From Steroidobacteraceae bacterium (GTDB lineage: Bacteria > Pseudomonadota > Gammaproteobacteria > Steroidobacterales > Steroidobacteraceae), in NCBI GenBank assembly GCA_035523985.1, contig DATKPR010000093.1, forward strand, positions 50,044-114,043: 64,000 nucleotides of DNA, written 5' to 3'. The translations under genes were made by a program, and so were the position numbers. This document shows positions 36,426-45,461 of this stretch, piece by piece. The first letter of the stretch is position 1. Every line of letters begins with the position of its first letter. The notes under the pieces were generated by a model. That model had not been told where the DNA came from and made no database searches. It saw nothing but the letters and a program-made list of their open reading frames with translations.

Positions 36426-38135
36426 TCAGCGCCGGCCGGCAGCCGGCCGGGCCGAATCCGCGGGATCCGTGCCGGCGGTCTCGGGGTCGGTGTCCTTCAG
36501 GCGGCTCGGCTGCAGCTCGCCGGCGCGCTCGAGCACCGGGTAGGCCACCGAGCAGATGTGCGAGTGGATGCGCTTCAGGTCGCGCAGGATGTCGAGGTGC
36601 AGCGAGCTCGACTCGATGCTCTCGGTGCGCCCCTCGCGCAGTCGTGCCAGGTGATTCTCCGCGGCGGCGAACTCCGCGGCGCGCAGCGTCGCCTTCTCGG
36701 TCAGCAGTTGCCGCGCCGTGGTGAGGTCCCCTGACATGAATACACCGACGGCGAGCTTGAGGTTGTCGCAGACCTCCTGGTGGAACGCCTCGAGCTCCTG
36801 CGCGCCTTCCTTCGAGAATACGATCTGGCGCTTGATCTTTTTCTGCGCGACCTCCATCAGGTTCTTGTCGATGATGTCGCCGACGTGCTCGAGGTTGATG
36901 GAGAAGGAGATGATCTCCATCGCGCGGCGGCCGTCGCGCTCGCTCAGGCTCTCGCGGGTCAGCTTCGTCACGTAGAGCTTCACCGCCTCGTCGAGCCCGT
37001 CGACCGCATCGTCCATGCGGCTGATCTCCCCGACCAGCCGCCGGTCGTCGGTCATGAGCGCGGTCATGGTCTGGCGCAGCATGGTCGCGACGATGTCCGC
37101 GATGTGCAGCGTCTCGCGCGCCGCGCAGGCGAGCGCCACCGAGGGTGTGGCGAGCGCGCCCTCGTCGAGATAGAGCGGCGCCGCCGGATCGGCGGCCTTG
37201 GGATGGTCGGGCAGCCAGCGCGTCAGCAGCGCCGCCACGGCGTTCAGCGGCAGGATGAACAGCAGCGCCAGGGCGAGGTTGAAGGCGGTGTGAAAGTCGG
37301 CGGCCATGCGCGAGGGGTTGGGCTCGAGCCGGGTAAGCGCCGCGGCGATCGGCTGCAGGAACGGCAGCACCAGGGCACAGCCGATCAGCCGGTTGAGCAG
37401 GTTGCCGAGCGGCAGGCGGCGGCTCGCCGGGTTATCGCCGCGGCTGCCCTCGATGAGCGGGTTGATGGCGCTGCCGACATTGGCGCCGAGGATCAGGGCG
37501 AGCGCGGCCACCGGGGTGATGAAGCCGGAGTAGGCGAGCGACATGACGAGCAGCACCACCGCGACGCTCGAATGCGCGGCCCAGGCGAGCGCCGTCGACA
37601 TGAGCAGGCAGAGCATCGGTTCGGCGGTGAGCGCGCCGAGGAGCGTGCGCACCGTGGGCGCCTCCTCGGCCGGCGCGAGCGTATCGAGCAGGATGTGCAG
37701 CGACAGCACCATGAGGCCGACGCCGATCGCGACCCGCCCGAGATCGCGGGTACGGGTCTGGCGGCCGCGCTTGAAGGCGGTCACGCCGACCAGGAACAGG
37801 ATGGGCGCGAGCGCCGCGACGTTGAAGGACAGCACCTGCACGATGAGCGTGGTGCCGACGTTGGCGCCGAGCATGACGGCGAGCGCCGGCGCGAGGCCGA
37901 GCACGCCGGTGGTGACGAAGGAAGCCGTCATGAGGCCGGTGGCGGTGCTGCTTTGCAGGAGCGCGGTCACCAGCAGCCCCGAACCGAAGGCGAGCACGCG
38001 GTTGCGCAGCGCCAGGCCGAGGAAACGGCGCAGGTCCGAGCCGAAGGCGCGCACGATGCCGCTGTGGACCATGTGCAGGCCCCACAGCAGCAGCGCGACG
38101 CCGCCCACGAGATCGAGAAGGATCGTGCCTGCCAT
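36426..38135 (-). CDS. Na/Pi cotransporter family protein with PhoU-like C-terminal domain (YjbB/NptA type)
   Basis: MAGTILLDLVGGVALLLWGLHMVHSGIVRAFG start, duplicated Na_Pi_cotrans repeats (GANVGT/GANVGS), and a C-terminal PhoU-like helical region. The ATG at 38135 is preferred to 38252. Confidence 0.85.
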   Translation of the reverse strand: MAGTILLDLVGGVALLLWGLHMVHSGIVRAFGSDLRRFLGLALRNRVLAFGSGLLVTALLQSSTATGLMTASFVTTGVLGLAPALAVMLGANVGTTLIVQVLSFNVAALAPILFLVGVTAFKRGRQTRTRDLGRVAIGVGLMVLSLHILLDTLAPAEEAPTVRTLLGALTAEPMLCLLMSTALAWAAHSSVAVVLLVMSLAYSGFITPVAALALILGANVGSAINPLIEGSRGDNPASRRLPLGNLLNRLIGCALVLPFLQPIAAALTRLEPNPSRMAADFHTAFNLALALLFILPLNAVAALLTRWLPDHPKAADPAAPLYLDEGALATPSVALACAARETLHIADIVATMLRQTMTALMTDDRRLVGEISRMDDAVDGLDEAVKLYVTKLTRESLSERDGRRAMEIISFSINLEHVGDIIDKNLMEVAQKKIKRQIVFSKEGAQELEAFHQEVCDNLKLAVGVFMSGDLTTARQLLTEKATLRAAEFAAAENHLARLREGRTESIESSSLHLDILRDLKRIHSHICSVAYPVLERAGELQPSRLKDTDPETAGTDPADSARPAAGRR

Positions 38136-38266
38136 GGCGAGCGAGGCTACCACCTTCCGGTGCGCATTTTCCGGTACCGGTTTCTCGCGCCGGGCACTCG
38201 TTGTGAGTGAGGACCGCAGTCCTCTTTGTCGAAACTCGACGCAACCACACAACGGGAGAGACTTCC

Positions 38267-38833
38267 ATGTTCAGCAACACCAGCGCCAGCGGCCGCAAGG
38301 CCCGCTGGCTGACGATGACGTTGGGTCTTGCAGGGTTGGCGCTCGCCGCTCAGGCGGGCGCGGCCTGCATGAAGGACCCCTCCGAGGGTGTATCGGTCCA
38401 GCCGTCGCACCCCCTCGACCTGCATCAGGATGAGCAGCCGGCCGCGCATTTCGCCGGTGGCGGAGCCGCCGAGCGCATCGTCGGCACCTGGCGCGTCACC
38501 TATACCTCCGGCGGCGCCCCGTTTGCCACCGGCTTCATCCAGTGGCACAGCGATGGCACCGAGTGGGAGAACATCAGTCAGCCCACGCTCGGCGGCAACA
38601 TCTGCATGGGCTCGTGGAAGGCGCTCGATGCAGCGCACGTGTACCGCAATCACTACGGCTGGCTCTTCACCAACGGTATCGTCTCGGGCTACTTCAACGA
38701 GACCGAGACCGACGAGGTGGCGTGGGACGGCAACTCGTACACCGGAACGAACGTGACGAAGATCTACGACCTCTCGGGCAACTTCATCGTCGCGGTGCCG
38801 GGCGCAGCCTCGGCGACGCGCATCGAGCCCTGA
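38267..38833 (+). CDS. secreted protein of unknown family (paralogue of 2027..2644)
   Basis: The ATG at 38267 is preceded by gggagag. Signal RKARWLTMTLGLAGLALAAQAGAA. Shares the blocks IVGTWRV, WHSDGTE, GNICMGSWK, DGNSYTG and ATRIEP with the other copy. Confidence 0.65.
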   Translation: MFSNTSASGRKARWLTMTLGLAGLALAAQAGAACMKDPSEGVSVQPSHPLDLHQDEQPAAHFAGGGAAERIVGTWRVTYTSGGAPFATGFIQWHSDGTEWENISQPTLGGNICMGSWKALDAAHVYRNHYGWLFTNGIVSGYFNETETDEVAWDGNSYTGTNVTKIYDLSGNFIVAVPGAASATRIEP

Positions 38834-38857
38834 GTTCCGGCGCAGTTCCCCCTCGTC

Positions 38858-38886
38858 CAGCGGGCCGGCAGGAGGCCGGCCCGCTG
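38858..38886. terminator. bidirectional stem-loop between convergent genes
   Basis: cagcgggccggc-aggag-gccggcccgctg: a perfect 12-bp GC-rich stem with a 5-nt loop, 25 nt after the stop at 38833 and 47 nt from the convergent stop at 38933. There is no clear T-tract. Confidence 0.5.
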
Positions 38887-38932
38887 TCGTGCTCGCCGAT
38901 CAGCTGCCGTGCGGGAGATTCGCGCGAGCCGC

Positions 38933-39793
38933 TCAGGGATTGGTGGCGGTGACGATCCAGATGGAGCCCGCCAGCGGCACCTGCTCGCCGACCAGATGCC
39001 GCGCGAGGGCGGCGCGGATCGCGGCCGTAGCGGCCGCTTTCAGCTGCACTGGCTGACTCTCGAGCGCACGGGCCGCCGGCCCGATGCCGATCGCGGTTCC
39101 GAGGGCCGATTCGAGCCCGCGGCCGGTGGCGAGATCGAGTGTGAGGCCCACCGGCTCGAACTCGATCGCGGCGAACCCGGCCCGCTCGAGGATGGCGCGT
39201 ACGCGCGCGGCGGAGGCGAACGAGAAGGCACCCGGGTCCTCGGGACCCGCTTCGGGCAGGCGCGGCACGTGACGGTACGCTTCCTCGAGCGGCAGCATCA
39301 GCCAGGGGTTCGCGGCGAGCTCGCGCCAGCAGGCGAACGCGACCCGGGCACCGCGGCGCAGTCCGGTGCGCAGGTTGGCGAAGGCGCGCAGTGGATCGCC
39401 GAAGAACATGACGCCGAAGCGCGAGAAGAGCAGTCCGGCAGCCCCTGCCTCGAAGGGGTAGACGGTGGCATCGCCCTGCACGAACTCGAGCGGCAGCCCC
39501 GGGGGCTGGAGCGTCCGGGCCCGTGCCAGCATGGGCCCGGAGACGTCGAGCCCGAGCACCCGCCCGCCGGGTGCCACCCGGCGCGCGAGCTCGATCGACA
39601 TCCCGCCCCAGCCGCAGCCGATGTCGAGCACGCGCTCCCCGGGCTGCACCTTGGCGCGCGCGAGCAGCGCCTCCCCGGCCGGCGCGAGCAGTGCGTCCTG
39701 GGTCTCCTGGCGGCTCACCCAGCGCTCGCCGGCGGGGCCGTTCCAGTAGGCGATCTCCGCGGCGGTGCGTTCCTCGGCGCTCGGCGGGCTCAT
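38933..39793 (-). CDS. class I SAM-dependent methyltransferase
   Basis: Motif I VLDIGCGWGGMSIELA, with GGRVLGLDVSGPML after it. The ATG at 39793 is preferred; the ORF-track extension to 40087 overlaps the YciI gene. Confidence 0.8.
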   Translation of the reverse strand: MSPPSAEERTAAEIAYWNGPAGERWVSRQETQDALLAPAGEALLARAKVQPGERVLDIGCGWGGMSIELARRVAPGGRVLGLDVSGPMLARARTLQPPGLPLEFVQGDATVYPFEAGAAGLLFSRFGVMFFGDPLRAFANLRTGLRRGARVAFACWRELAANPWLMLPLEEAYRHVPRLPEAGPEDPGAFSFASAARVRAILERAGFAAIEFEPVGLTLDLATGRGLESALGTAIGIGPAARALESQPVQLKAAATAAIRAALARHLVGEQVPLAGSIWIVTATNP

Positions 39794-39824
39794 GCCGCCG
39801 AGTGTAGCGCCGATCGGAGCCTCC

Positions 39825-40196
39825 TCAGGGGCGCTCTCCGGGGGCCAGCATCGGCCGCACCTCCGCTTCGCCCTCGAACTCGGGCCAGTGCCGGCGATGC
39901 AGCTCCATGAACTCCGTGGCGATGCGCAGCGCATCGGCGCGGGTCGCGGCTTCGAGGATCGCGTAGCCGCCGATGACCTCCTTGGTCTCGGTAAAGGGGC
40001 CGTCGAGCACGGTGAGCTGTCCCTTGGAGAGGTGCATGCGCACCCCCTCCCGGCTCGGCTTGAATCCTCCCCCGTCGACGAACGCACCCTCGCGGATGAG
40101 CCGTTGCACGAAGGCGTCCATCGCCTCCATCAGGGCCTTGGGCGGCCCGGACTCGCGATAGGACTCGGAATGGCGAATGAACGTCATGTACTTCAT
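39825..40196 (-). CDS. YciI-family (YCII/DGPF) protein
   Basis: MKYMTFIRHSE...LTVLDGPFTETKEVIGGYAILEAATRADALRIA is typical of YCII-related domain proteins. Confidence 0.8.
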   Translation of the reverse strand: MKYMTFIRHSESYRESGPPKALMEAMDAFVQRLIREGAFVDGGGFKPSREGVRMHLSKGQLTVLDGPFTETKEVIGGYAILEAATRADALRIATEFMELHRRHWPEFEGEAEVRPMLAPGERP

Positions 40197-40324
40197 GGTT
40201 CCTCCGGCGATGTTCCGCTCTATCGACGAACCGGCCGGGACGAAATCGACAATAGCGCGGCCGCGCGGCGGTCACTACCGTCGCGCGGCCGTCGGGCGGG
40301 CGGGAGGCAAGTGCGGCGGTGGAT

Positions 40325-40708
40325 TCAGCGTCCGGCCACCTGGGCGGGAATCGCGATGCCGTGGGCCGCCGCTTGCGCGTAGGTATGGGTGGCCAGGTAC
40401 ATCTGCGTGACGAGCGCAATGCCCGTCGCGCGCACCGCGCCGCCGAGCGCCTTCTCGTAGCAGCCCTTGAGGTCCGCGACCGGCACCAGGTCGACACGAT
40501 CGCCGCGCGTGCAGGCGACCCAGGCGGCATTCTCCAGACGCCCATAGAAGGTGCGTGCATCGGCGGGCTGACTCAGGTCGAGGCCGGTGGAGCTGACGCG
40601 CAGCGCGACGGTGACGGTCGGCTCGCCGGCGGCGGCCGTGCCGGTCAGGAGCGCGCAGGCGAGGGCGGCGGCACCGATCAGCAGGCCGGTGTTGGTACGA
40701 ATGTTCAT
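40325..40708 (-). CDS. UrcA-family small secreted protein
   Basis: The ATG at 40708 is preceded by gaggag. Signal MNIRTNTGLLIGAAALACALLTGTAAA. VSSTGLDLSQPADARTFYGRLENAAWVAC matches the UrcA signature as I recall it. Confidence 0.6.
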   Translation of the reverse strand: MNIRTNTGLLIGAAALACALLTGTAAAGEPTVTVALRVSSTGLDLSQPADARTFYGRLENAAWVACTRGDRVDLVPVADLKGCYEKALGGAVRATGIALVTQMYLATHTYAQAAAHGIAIPAQVAGR

Positions 40709-40732
40709 GCTCGTCTCCTCAGGTTGTGTTGG

Positions 40733-40753
40733 GATTGCACTTGCGCTGCAATC
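40733..40753. promoter_or_regulatory. inverted repeat in the UrcA / ECF-sigma divergent intergenic region
   Basis: gattgca-cttgcgc-tgcaatc: 7-bp perfect arms with a 7-nt spacer. Confidence 0.2.
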
Positions 40754-40783
40754 TGACTGATACGAGCGGCGGCCCGTGCAATC

Positions 40784-40810
40784 GGGTACCGTAGAAATTT
40801 TCCGGTACCC
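40784..40810. promoter_or_regulatory. inverted repeat with an AT-rich centre upstream of the FecI-like sigma gene (candidate operator)
   Basis: gggtaccg-tagaaattttc-cggtaccc: 8-bp perfect arms, about 30-45 nt upstream of the sigma start codons. It is one of the few AT-rich patches in the window. Confidence 0.3.
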
Positions 40811-40838
40811 GAATTCCCCGCGGCCCACTCTGTGACTG

Positions 40839-41372
40839 ATGTCAGGGTTCGCAACGATGACCGAGGCCAAAAAGGCACTGGTGGCGCGGCTGTTCGCACA
40901 GCAGGGGGGCGCGCTGCGCGCCTTTCTGCTGCGGCGCACGCACGCGCATCCCGCGGCGGCCGATCTGGCGCAGGAGGTCTACGTGCGCATGCTGCGGATC
41001 CCGGACATGGAGGCGATCCGCAACCCGGAGGCCTACCTCTATACGGTGGCGAGCAATCTCGCCAAGGAGCACGCGCAGCAGGAGCGGCGCGACCGCGCGG
41101 CGCTCGATGTCGACGATCCGCTCGTGCAGGAGCAGCTCGCCGAGCTGCCATCCTTCGGTGGCGAGCTCGATGCCGAGCAGCGCATCCGGCGGTTGCGCGA
41201 GGTGCTCGCGCAGCTCTCGCCCAAGTGCCGGGCGGCCGTCGAGCTCGCCTACTGGCACGGGCTCAGCTACGAGGAGATCGCCCTGCGGCTCGGGGTGTCG
41301 GCACACATGGTGAAGAAGTACCTGAGCCAGGGGCTGGTGCACTGCCGGCGCCGCATGGCGCGGCTGGGGTAA
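40839..41372 (+). CDS. ECF sigma factor, FecI-like (cell-surface signalling)
   Basis: Region 2: AADLAQEVYVRML...EAYLYTVASNLA. Region 4: ELAYWHGLSYEEIALRLGVSAHMVKKYL. FecR and an STN-domain TonB receptor follow. The alternative ATG is at 40857. Confidence 0.85.
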   Translation: MSGFATMTEAKKALVARLFAQQGGALRAFLLRRTHAHPAAADLAQEVYVRMLRIPDMEAIRNPEAYLYTVASNLAKEHAQQERRDRAALDVDDPLVQEQLAELPSFGGELDAEQRIRRLREVLAQLSPKCRAAVELAYWHGLSYEEIALRLGVSAHMVKKYLSQGLVHCRRRMARLG

Positions 41373-41376
41373 ACGC

Positions 41377-42423
41377 ATGAGCACGCCGAGTTCCAACGAG
41401 CAAAGGGTTCGCGACCTGGTGACCCAGCAGTCCGCGGATTGGTTTGTGGCCAATCGCGGCGGACTGTCGCACCGGGAGCGCGAGGCCTTCGTGAACTGGC
41501 TGAGGGCCTCGCCCGTGCACGTCGAGGAGTACCTGGCGGTCGCGGGCATCGACCGCGACCTGCGCACGGCCGGCGCCGCGGCGCGGGATTCGATCGAGGC
41601 GATCGTGGCGCGCGCGCGCGCCCCGGAGGGGAGTTCCGTCGGGCCGCCCGGATCGGGCTGGCGCCTCCGCTGGCCGGCCGTCGCCGCCGCGATGGCCGGG
41701 CTCGCGGTCGTGTGCCTGGCGGCGCTGTTCGCCTGGCATGCGCGACCTCAGTCGCCAGCCGCGCCGGTGCTCGCCGCGGCGCTGCACTTCTCTGCCGGGC
41801 ACGGGGAGCAGGCAAGCTACCGCCTCGCCGATGGCTCCGTGCTGCATCTGAACACCGACAGCGCGGTCACGGTCCGTTATAGCGAGGCGGAGCGGCGCGT
41901 GGTGCTCGAATCCGGCGAGGCCGATTTCGAGGTGGTGCGCCGGCAGGGACGCCCCTTCCGCGTCATCGCCGGTCCCGCCGAGACCGTCGATCTCGGCACG
42001 CGTTTCGACGTGCGCCTCGCCGACGGCGCGGCGCTCGTCACGGTGCAGGAGGGTCGGGTGGCCGTTGCGCTGGTTGCGGCGGACGGCGCCGGCGCGCGCT
42101 TCGTGACGCTCGGCACCGATCAGCAGATCCGGGTGACCGCCGGCGAGCTGCCGGTGGCGCCCACGGCCGTCGATTCGCAGCGCACGACCTCGTGGCTGCA
42201 CCGGCAGATCGTGTTCGAGCGCGAGCCGCTCGCTCGGGTGGCCGCGGAGTTCAACCGCTACGCCCGCAAGCCGATCGAGATCGCGACGCCGGCGCTGAAG
42301 AATCTCGAGATCAGCGGCGTGTTCGCCACCGACGACAGCGAGGCCTTCGTGGCTTTCCTGCGCAGCCTCGACAACGTCCGGGTCGAGGAGACGGCCAGAG
42401 TGATTCGCGTGTCGCAGAAGTAG
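41377..42423 (+). CDS. FecR-family transmembrane anti-sigma/sensor protein
   Basis: N-terminal anti-sigma segment (QQSADWFVANRGG), one TM (WPAVAAAMAGLAVVCLAALFAW), and a FecR domain (YRLADGSVLHLNTDSAVTV, LESGEADFEV). Confidence 0.85.
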   Translation: MSTPSSNEQRVRDLVTQQSADWFVANRGGLSHREREAFVNWLRASPVHVEEYLAVAGIDRDLRTAGAAARDSIEAIVARARAPEGSSVGPPGSGWRLRWPAVAAAMAGLAVVCLAALFAWHARPQSPAAPVLAAALHFSAGHGEQASYRLADGSVLHLNTDSAVTVRYSEAERRVVLESGEADFEVVRRQGRPFRVIAGPAETVDLGTRFDVRLADGAALVTVQEGRVAVALVAADGAGARFVTLGTDQQIRVTAGELPVAPTAVDSQRTTSWLHRQIVFEREPLARVAAEFNRYARKPIEIATPALKNLEISGVFATDDSEAFVAFLRSLDNVRVEETARVIRVSQK

Positions 42424-42436
42424 CCGGCCGCGCACG

Positions 42437-45400
42437 GTGAACGCCAAGGGCATTGCAGCGGCGGTCTCGGGTGCGCTGCGCGGGCTTGCGCTCGCGCCGC
42501 CGCTGGCGCTCGCGGGCCCCGGGGTCGTGCTGGCCCAGGGCGCGGCTCCCGCGACGCCGGCACCCGCCGGTGTGCTGGGCGCCGATATTTCCGCCCAGCC
42601 GCTCGCGGCGGCGCTCGCCGCCTTCGCGCAGCAGACCGGATTGCAGGTGGTGTACGTCTCGGGGTTGATCCGCGAGCAGCAGTCGCACGCCGTGGCGGCC
42701 GGGACCAACGCGCAGGAAGCGCTCGGGCGGCTGCTGCAGGGGACCGGACTCAGGTTCGAGTTCCTCACCGCCCGCAGCGTGCGCATTCTCGCCGCACCGC
42801 CGCGCGCCAGCCTCAGCCCCGCGAGCGAGCCCTACGGAGAGGTCGTGGTCACCGCCAACCGGCGCGTCGAGAACCTCGAGGACGTGCCGATCACCATCCA
42901 GGCCTTCAGCGGCGCGCAGCTGAGCGATCTTGGGGTCGCGACTTTCAATGAGCTGCTGAAATACACCCCGAACGTCTCCTACAGCGGCAACGGGCCCGGG
43001 ACCGGCAACATCTTCATCCGCGGCATGGGCTCCATCGGCACCGGCAACCAGTCGCAGGCCACGATCGCGCCGTTTCCCAACGTCGCGCTCTACCTCGACG
43101 ATCAGGCGATGCAGTTCCCGACGCGCAATGTCGACGTCTACATGGCGGATCTCGAGCGCATCGAGATACTCGAGGGACCGCAGGGGACGCTCTTCGGCGG
43201 CGGCGCCGAGGCGGGTGCGATCCGCTACCTCACCAACAAGCCGCAACTCGATGCCACCACCGGGCAGGCGACGGCCGGCTACGGCATCACGACCGGCGGG
43301 GGCCCCAACACGAGCCTGACCAGCGTGCTCAACGTGCCGCTGATCCAGGGCCGCTTCGCAGTGCGCGCGGTACTGTTCTCGGAGCGCCAGGGCGGCTATA
43401 TCGCCAACGTCCCGAGCACGATTTCCTTCGACGTGCCCTCACCTACGACGCCGGGCGTCATGCTGGTCAGCCCCGTGGCGAGCAATGCGGCTTTCGTCGG
43501 CAACGACACGAACCCGATCAGCTGGCAGGGGATGCGGATATCCGGCCTGTACCAGTTCAATGACGACTGGGACCTGCTGCTGCAGCAGACCTATCAGGAC
43601 ATGGATGCGGAGGGCTATTTCTACGCCTATCCCTTCGACTCCAATGGCAGGGCGCTCGCGCCCTATCAGATCGCCGCTTTCAACCCGGCGTACACCAGGG
43701 ATCGCTTCGACAGCACCGCCTGGACGCTCAACGGAAAGATCGGCGATCTCAAGGCCGTGTACACCGGCAGCTACATGCTGCGCCACATCGAGGGGCAACA
43801 GGATTACTCCAACTACTGGCGCAGCGTCTACGGCGTGTACTACTTCTGCACCGGGGCGGGCGCACCGCTGTTCGGCAACAGTCCTGATTTTCCGCAATCG
43901 ACCGGCAAACCGCTCAAGTGCTACGCCCCGGTTGCCAACTGGCACGACGTGGTGAGGAACGAGCACCAGAGCCACGAGCTGCGCGTCAGTACCGACGAGA
44001 AGGCTCGGCTGCGGGCGCTGGTGGGTGTTTACTGGGAGAAGTTCGTCATCGACGACAACATGAGCTTCAACTACCTCACCATTCCGACCTGCTCGCCAGC
44101 CAACCTGAGCATCGCACTCGCGGGTGGGCCGGACTGCGTCTCGGCCGTCGGGCCGTTACCTGGCGTTTATGGCGGAGATCCGAGTTACAGCACCGACCCG
44201 GGCAGCGGCTTCGGCGAGGATGTGCAGCGCGGCTACAAGCAGACGGCGGAGTTCGCCTCGGTCGATTTCGATATCGTTCCGCAGAAACTCACCCTGAGCG
44301 CCGGCACCCGGCACTTCAAGTACGACGAGTCCGAGGAAGGCTCCGTGTGGTATGCCTACACCTCGAGTCCGCTCATCCTCGACAATCCGAATGGCGCCTG
44401 CACGGCCCAGGGAAAGTGCGGTTGGCCCATCACGCTCTCCAAGAGCGAGAGCGGCTTTCGCAGTCGGCTCAACCTCAGCTGGCACGTGACGCCCGACGTC
44501 ATGGCGTATTACACGTTCTCGCAGGGGTTTCGTCCGGGTGGCTTCAATCGCGTGACCTCCTCCGCGGTCATTGCACCCGTGCTCGAGGCGTCGGCGCCGT
44601 ATTGCGGCACGGCCTCGAAGGATCCCCGTTGCCTGCCGGGCGGAAGCCTCTACGCGCTCCCGAATACCTACCAGTTCGTCGAAAACGGCAACTACAGTTC
44701 GGATACGCTGATCAATAACGAGGTCGGCATCAAGAGCGACCTGTTCGACCACCGCCTGGTGGTGAACGTCTCGCTCTACCGGCTCAATTGGGACGACGTG
44801 CAGGCCTTCGCGATCAACCTCGTGAACCTGTGCGGCTGCGCGGCCTGGACCAACGGACCGGACTACGTCATCAAAGGGGCGGAGCTGCAGGTCATGGCGC
44901 GCGTCACGGATGCGCTGACGTTGCAGGGCTCGGGCTCCTGGAACAGCGCGAATCTCGTGGACAACCCCTGCCTCAGGTCCGCGGGGGTGACGTCGCTGAC
45001 TCTCTACAACCCGACGCCCGCCGGACAATGCATCACGGTCGTCGGGGGTGCGCCCTATCTGAATCTCGCCAACGTCGGCACCGCGCCACCCTATTCGCCG
45101 CCGCTCACCTTCAATCTGCGCCTGCGCTACGACTTCGAGCTCGGCGGAGTCAATCCCTTCGTGTGGCTCGGAGCGAGCCACATCGGCGCCATGAGCAACG
45201 AGCCGGCGAGTTTTCCGGACGGCAATGCGCCGGCGCAGGTTCTGGTCAATGCCGCGGTGGCGCGCTTCCCCATCCCGGCCTCTACCACCTTCGATGGAGC
45301 CGTCGGCGTGATCACGGACCGCTGGACGCTGCAGCTCACCGGCAGCAACCTCACCGATGTCTACGGGCCGTCGAACGTCTCTTCTGCGCAGTTCATCAAG

Positions 45401-45457
45401 AGCAACATCCCGCTGCGGCCGCGCGTCATGATGGCGCAGTTCTCCTACCGTTTCTGA
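42437..45457 (+). CDS. TonB-dependent receptor/transducer with N-terminal STN signalling domain (1006 aa)
   Basis: GTG start. STN block: ISAQPLAAALAAFAQQTGLQVVYVSGLI. Plug: VVVTANRRVENLEDVPITIQAFS. C-terminal barrel ends in MAQFSYRF with a terminal Phe. Confidence 0.9.
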   Translation: MNAKGIAAAVSGALRGLALAPPLALAGPGVVLAQGAAPATPAPAGVLGADISAQPLAAALAAFAQQTGLQVVYVSGLIREQQSHAVAAGTNAQEALGRLLQGTGLRFEFLTARSVRILAAPPRASLSPASEPYGEVVVTANRRVENLEDVPITIQAFSGAQLSDLGVATFNELLKYTPNVSYSGNGPGTGNIFIRGMGSIGTGNQSQATIAPFPNVALYLDDQAMQFPTRNVDVYMADLERIEILEGPQGTLFGGGAEAGAIRYLTNKPQLDATTGQATAGYGITTGGGPNTSLTSVLNVPLIQGRFAVRAVLFSERQGGYIANVPSTISFDVPSPTTPGVMLVSPVASNAAFVGNDTNPISWQGMRISGLYQFNDDWDLLLQQTYQDMDAEGYFYAYPFDSNGRALAPYQIAAFNPAYTRDRFDSTAWTLNGKIGDLKAVYTGSYMLRHIEGQQDYSNYWRSVYGVYYFCTGAGAPLFGNSPDFPQSTGKPLKCYAPVANWHDVVRNEHQSHELRVSTDEKARLRALVGVYWEKFVIDDNMSFNYLTIPTCSPANLSIALAGGPDCVSAVGPLPGVYGGDPSYSTDPGSGFGEDVQRGYKQTAEFASVDFDIVPQKLTLSAGTRHFKYDESEEGSVWYAYTSSPLILDNPNGACTAQGKCGWPITLSKSESGFRSRLNLSWHVTPDVMAYYTFSQGFRPGGFNRVTSSAVIAPVLEASAPYCGTASKDPRCLPGGSLYALPNTYQFVENGNYSSDTLINNEVGIKSDLFDHRLVVNVSLYRLNWDDVQAFAINLVNLCGCAAWTNGPDYVIKGAELQVMARVTDALTLQGSGSWNSANLVDNPCLRSAGVTSLTLYNPTPAGQCITVVGGAPYLNLANVGTAPPYSPPLTFNLRLRYDFELGGVNPFVWLGASHIGAMSNEPASFPDGNAPAQVLVNAAVARFPIPASTTFDGAVGVITDRWTLQLTGSNLTDVYGPSNVSSAQFIKSNIPLRPRVMMAQFSYRF

Positions 45458-45461
45458 AGGC

